64,000 bases of DNA, from the IMG/VR virus record IMGVR_UViG_3300050821_004371, positions 1-64,000 of that record; one strand, 5' to 3'. The DNA is from a virus. The position numbers and the translations under genes are program-made. Under the pieces are notes generated by a model. It was not told the DNA's origin and searched no databases. It saw only the letters and a list, made by a program, of their open reading frames with translations. Within the stretch, counting starts at the first letter, position 1. Each line of letters starts with the position of its first letter. Of this stretch, positions 59,648 to 64,000 are shown piece by piece.

Positions 59648-60058
59648 TTATTTAAAAAATGTCAAACTTCCCATGTCGGAGCATCTTACCCGCTCGGGAT
59701 TTCGGGCGACGTGGGTTAACCACCACTCAGACTGCACGTCAGCTAGATCGCCCCAATACAAAGCACCGTTGCTTGAATCTTTTCGGGTGTCGTCGCAAAT
59801 CCCGTCAATATCGTTGTACAGTGAAAGGAAGCGTCGATCCCAGGCGTCGGGGTGTTGCGTCGTCTTCGGCGGAGCCGCGTGCCACTTGTCAACCGTGTCA
59901 AGAACGTGAAGATAAGTTCCGAAGCCCGCCTTCTCTCGGTTCTTTAACGTGTGTAGAATGTTCAACATAGCGGGCGTTCCGCCGTAATGTTGCCCGTATT
60001 TCCAGGCACATTCTATAAGTTGGGCCTTGATATAGAGTTCGGAGTTCGTGCTTGCCAT
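59648..60058 (-). CDS. SleB/Hydrolase_2-like cell wall hydrolase
   Basis: AMLNILHTLKNR..G, DSSNGALYW, C-terminal GSLTFFK. Confidence 0.5.
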   Translation of the reverse strand: MASTNSELYIKAQLIECAWKYGQHYGGTPAMLNILHTLKNREKAGFGTYLHVLDTVDKWHAAPPKTTQHPDAWDRRFLSLYNDIDGICDDTRKDSSNGALYWGDLADVQSEWWLTHVARNPERVRCSDMGSLTFFK

Positions 60059-60075
60059 AGAATCCTTTTTCCGTA

Positions 60076-60339
60076 CTAGTGTTGTTTCGGGTCTACGGGC
60101 GATGACCCGAGCCTGCGAACTGGAGCGCCTTTTTTCGCAGCGTACAGATGCAAAGGATGCGGGCTAATCCCGTTCGCCTTGTCCTGATCTGCGGGCGCGT
60201 TTTGGACACTGAACTTTGCCCCTACGGGCGTGTCGGACTTACGGTTGTCCACGTCTGAATCTGCGGGCTTGATGCCCGTTGGGTTGGGGAGTACTCGCCC
60301 GCTAAAATCTGCGGGTGCGCCTTGTCCTTCGTCAGCCAT
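60076..60339 (-). CDS. Hypothetical protein
   Basis: TAATG coupling, ends TAG plus motif. Confidence 0.55.
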   Translation of the reverse strand: MADEGQGAPADFSGRVLPNPTGIKPADSDVDNRKSDTPVGAKFSVQNAPADQDKANGISPHPLHLYAAKKGAPVRRLGSSPVDPKQH

Positions 60340-60745
60340 TACTCTTCCTCATCCGTATGAAGTTCTGGCTCCGGGCGTCCTGGTTCTTCGAGCTTCCCGA
60401 AATGCACGAAGTAGGCTCCGCCGTCTAATCTTGACCGAAGATGCTGGTCGGTTTCAAATTGGCTGCGGGCAATGGCTACGTGCGAGCCGCAGGACAGGCA
60501 TTTGCCGCCCGAGAACGATCCGCCGCAGTTCTTGCATTGCAGGGGAGTAGGAATAGTTTGGGGATTCATTGACATTACTTTTTACCTGATTTCTTTGGGG
60601 ATTTCTTTTCGGGCAGCCGGGAAAAGTCAGTCTTGCTCGACCATTCGGCTAACGCCTTCTTCCCGATTCTGTCGGGATGGCTGTAAAGGAATTTCTGTTG
60701 GGATTTGCTCGCAAATGGCATGATTTGTATACCTACGGTTAGCAA

Positions 60746-62737
60746 TTATTGGTTTGTGTAAACTACTTGGTCCTGATCTTCGGGCTGCGATAGCGGTTCG
60801 GTCGCCCCTTGAAGTACGTTTCCAAGAGCGCCTTTAGCCGCTGTCCCAACTCTACGGGCTGCGGGCGATGCTTCTAGAGTCGCCCCAATCTTTCCCGCTG
60901 TACGGAAAGCGGACCACATTTTCGGGCTGTTAGCAACTTTGTCAAGCAACTCCGTGGCTTTCCCGAAGTCACCCGAACCCGCCAATCCTAAAGCGATTCC
61001 TAATCCGCCGAGCGCGGGATGAATTGCTCCGCCGCCTGCACCCGCCCCGCTAAGAACGCCCGCACGGACAAGCTTCTGATAATTGGCCGCTGATTTCAGG
61101 TCGCCCGCAAGTTTATCCAAACCCGCTTGAGCCGTCCCCATATCAAACAATTTCTCTTTGACTTCGGGCGGCAGGTTATCAATTTGCTTGAAGTTCTTCA
61201 CGAACTTCGCGGGATTGATTTGTCCAGTTTCCGAACTAGCATCCGCCAATTGCCTCTGGATAATTCCTTTGCCAAGGTCTTTTACGGCGGGTTCACCGAT
61301 TGTCTCGGACAACGTGTTAATCTTATTCAGCTTATCGCCGCCCTGAAGCAAGTATTTCGCGGCGTTGTCAAGCTTGGTAGTCGAGTCAATGCCCGGATCG
61401 GACAATCTCTGAATGGCGGGCGTCTGAAACAACTTTACTTTGTCTTTGTACGCCGAGCGCAAAGCATCGTAATCCTGCGCGGCTTCAGGCTTTCCCGATT
61501 GCTTCGCAAGATTCGCGATTGTATCGTCGATTCCGTCTCGGAGTTTCTGGTAGACTTGAACGTCAGCGCGATCCGCCGAGCTAGTTCCGCCTTTCGTCAG
61601 CACTCCAATCTTTTCCCCGAGTTGCTGGCGGTACTGAATAAGTTCGTCGATATTCATATTGCCCGCACTCTTGGGATCGTTCAACGAGTTCAGGAATTTC
61701 TTTGATTCGTCCGATCCTCCGGCAAGCCCCTGAAACGCGCTTCCGAGAACGCCTTTTCCCTCTGTTTTTCCTTGCAAGGCTTCTTGTGCGGCTTTCTGTA
61801 GCGGGCTATCTTGATACGGGACTTTTTGGTCACCCAAATCTCCCTTGAGCTTCTGGATTCCAGATTCAAAATCCCCGTGCATCTTGGTTTCGGCGTCGTT
61901 AATTTGAGTCGCGAGATTTTTTCCGATATCCGAAGCACTCGGAGCATTCTTCCCCGCTTCTGACGCTTCCTGAACCGCTTTCCCCGCTTCGCCTGCTTTT
62001 TCCGCTACTCTCCCGAGCGTCCCGAAGGCTGCTCCAAGCACACCCGAAGTCGCGCCCTGCTCAACCCCCGCCTTCAATCCTTTTTCCGGACTTCCGGTTT
62101 TCGCTGTCTCTTGAGCGCCCGCAACAGCCCCTTGGCGGAGTGCGTCCATTCCCGCCCCGACTAATCGGGCAAGTAACGGATTCTTCTGAATCAGGGCTTT
62201 GGCTTCCTCGCCAAGTTCGCCCGTAGCTTTTCCTACGTCAGCGCCCATCTGAATCGCCCGCATCAACCTCGGGCTTTTCTGAAGAAGGCCCATCGCGCCC
62301 GAAATCTGTTTGAACTTGTCAGCCATCGACAAGCCTTTCAGGGCTTCGTCGCCGAGCATGAATTCCGCCAGATTCTCGCCGCCGTATCCTACCCATTGGG
62401 CGGTTCCTTCCGGGCTTTGTATGCCTTTTTTCTCGGCGGCCAATCCTTCCGTAGGGGCGAGCGTTTCCCCGACACCCGGAACCTTGTTGAGCAGAGTTCC
62501 GATTCCGTGAACCGTGTCCATCAGGGCATTTCCGAAGCCCGAAGATACGTCGCCCGCAACATCGCCGATCTTGCCGAGCGTAGACTCTTCGGGCTGTCCG
62601 CTTTCCGTACTAGCGGGCTGCGCCATAACGATATCGCCCGAAGGAGGAGGCGGAATGTGCCCGCCCGCAGGTTGAGCCTGTGGCTGCGCTTGGACTGTAG
62701 TTCCGCTAGGCGGTGCTGGAATCTGATCGTCTGCCAT
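60746..62737 (-). CDS. Putative internal virion (ejection) protein
   Basis: 663 aa, A/G/Q/K-rich and helical, in the late block. Confidence 0.55.
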   Translation of the reverse strand: MADDQIPAPPSGTTVQAQPQAQPAGGHIPPPPSGDIVMAQPASTESGQPEESTLGKIGDVAGDVSSGFGNALMDTVHGIGTLLNKVPGVGETLAPTEGLAAEKKGIQSPEGTAQWVGYGGENLAEFMLGDEALKGLSMADKFKQISGAMGLLQKSPRLMRAIQMGADVGKATGELGEEAKALIQKNPLLARLVGAGMDALRQGAVAGAQETAKTGSPEKGLKAGVEQGATSGVLGAAFGTLGRVAEKAGEAGKAVQEASEAGKNAPSASDIGKNLATQINDAETKMHGDFESGIQKLKGDLGDQKVPYQDSPLQKAAQEALQGKTEGKGVLGSAFQGLAGGSDESKKFLNSLNDPKSAGNMNIDELIQYRQQLGEKIGVLTKGGTSSADRADVQVYQKLRDGIDDTIANLAKQSGKPEAAQDYDALRSAYKDKVKLFQTPAIQRLSDPGIDSTTKLDNAAKYLLQGGDKLNKINTLSETIGEPAVKDLGKGIIQRQLADASSETGQINPAKFVKNFKQIDNLPPEVKEKLFDMGTAQAGLDKLAGDLKSAANYQKLVRAGVLSGAGAGGGAIHPALGGLGIALGLAGSGDFGKATELLDKVANSPKMWSAFRTAGKIGATLEASPAARRVGTAAKGALGNVLQGATEPLSQPEDQDQVVYTNQ

Positions 62738-62740
62738 ATT

Positions 62741-64000
62741 TTATTTGCCCGTCGCTACCCATTGCTTGCCGTCGTAACCCCATTTTCCATCCGAGCTAGT
62801 TGCCGCGAAGTTTTGTGCGGGCTTCGGGGGCGTAACGGGCTTGTCCTTCGTGCTCGTAACAGTTCTGCTCTGAACGCCCATCCTCTGCAAAGCTTGTTTG
62901 CTTTCGGGAGCCAGAAGACTTGGATATTCGTCTCCCATCGTGTTTGAATATTTTCGGCCAAGCTCGGCAAGGCGGATATCGCCGCTTTCTCCGAGTTTCT
63001 TTAAAGCCGATTCGATCTGGGCGGGCGTGGAATCGTCGTTCAGCACGGTTTCCATTACCTTGATATCGCCTTCGTGCTCCGCCCGATTGTTGTTCAGGAA
63101 ACTCATGTACTCTTTCCGTACAGGAACGAGAGCGGTTTGGAACGCTTGGAAGTTCGTGTCGTTGGCGGCGTTCTTTCTGATCCAATTCAGAGGACGGTTG
63201 ATAAGCGGGCTGCCCGTCTGCCCGCGCATCGCGCCCGTAGCAGACAAAGCATCGTTCGCGTGCCCGAGGAACGTGTTGAACGACACGATACTGTCAGCGG
63301 CTTTCCCGTCGCTGAAGTCGTTAAGAACTTTAGTTTTAGCTTCAAGCTTTGCGGGCGAATAATCCTTCGGGTCTTTCCCTTGGGCTTTTGCTTCGTCGGC
63401 AATCATGTTATAGACACGGGTTTTCTGATCCCCCCGGAAGGAGACTAAATCGCGGATTTGCGCGAGGTTGCCCGAAACAATGTTTTTAGCCGCCGTGGAT
63501 AAATCTTTGTCCTCAATCGCCCGTTGAGCGTTGATTTCCTGTTCTTTATCCGTAAACTTGGTATTGGCCTTGATTTTCAGGAAATCCTGCGCCCGCTGCT
63601 TATCTTGAGGCGTAGATTTGGGGTCGGACAAGATGCTGGCGGCTTTGTTGTCATCCATCTTGTCACCTTCAGCTTCAAGGCGGCCTTCCGTTACCCCTTT
63701 TTCCTTCGCTTTCGCGAGATCAGCAGCTTTTTGATTCGACAATTTCTCAAGATTCTCTTGCCCGAACAACTCCGACATGATGCCCGCAGCCTGCGGGTGA
63801 TTCTTCTGGATTGACTTAATCTGATCGTTCGGATCGGCGCTCGCAGCATCATTATGGAACTTCTCAATCGCGGACAATACCTGCGGGTTCTTTTTGATCT
63901 GCTCCGCGAGATCGACTTTATCCCCGCCTACCTGCTCGTGAACGTCATCAAGTTCCCGCTGCGTCTGCTGGATCAGGTCCAATTTATGGTTCATCAAGGC
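62741..64000 (-). CDS. Putative internal virion protein, N-terminus outside window
   Basis: ORF open to the edge; C-terminal WGYDGKQW. Confidence 0.55.
   Translation of the reverse strand, partial: ALMNHKLDLIQQTQRELDDVHEQVGGDKVDLAEQIKKNPQVLSAIEKFHNDAASADPNDQIKSIQKNHPQAAGIMSELFGQENLEKLSNQKAADLAKAKEKGVTEGRLEAEGDKMDDNKAASILSDPKSTPQDKQRAQDFLKIKANTKFTDKEQEINAQRAIEDKDLSTAAKNIVSGNLAQIRDLVSFRGDQKTRVYNMIADEAKAQGKDPKDYSPAKLEAKTKVLNDFSDGKAADSIVSFNTFLGHANDALSATGAMRGQTGSPLINRPLNWIRKNAANDTNFQAFQTALVPVRKEYMSFLNNNRAEHEGDIKVMETVLNDDSTPAQIESALKKLGESGDIRLAELGRKYSNTMGDEYPSLLAPESKQALQRMGVQSRTVTSTKDKPVTPPKPAQNFAATSSDGKWGYDGKQWVATGK

Noticed and set aside
4041-60078. TAG readthrough or recoding at TAG-TACGG junctions
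   Set aside because: Genes look complete at those stops and one case uses TAA; the G of TAG simply matches the GTAC consensus.

Overview
About 64 kb of a tailed dsDNA phage genome. It is podovirus-like (terminase, portal, probable internal virion proteins and a collagen-containing fibre); the capsid and scaffold genes appear to lie outside the window. There are three blocks. (1) A minus-strand arm (1-25.9 kb) carries packaging genes, a Tad1-like anti-defence sponge, phosphatases and a ~9 kb nucleotide-sugar/glycosyltransferase cluster. (2) A plus-strand arm (26-58 kb) carries early, replication and recombination genes: tyrosine recombinase, family A DNA polymerase, ERF, SSB, exonuclease, primase-helicase, RecA and RNA ligase. 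(3) A minus-strand virion block runs from 58 to 64 kb. The main discovery is at 52.4-54.4 kb. A stand-alone Cas7/RAMP-like gene is surrounded by five short non-coding arrays of strictly 5-nt-periodic units, each a fixed GAC/GAY triplet plus a variable NN dinucleotide, and three arrays share a 3' tail. This looks like a compact, non-CRISPR, RNA-guided system in which the NN positions carry the information (inference). The genome is also saturated with two motifs: GTACGGAAAACGGA-like sites (~40 exact 9-mer cores counted by eye) and GCCCG/CGGGC. All calls come from reading the sequence and recalling protein motifs; no searches were run.
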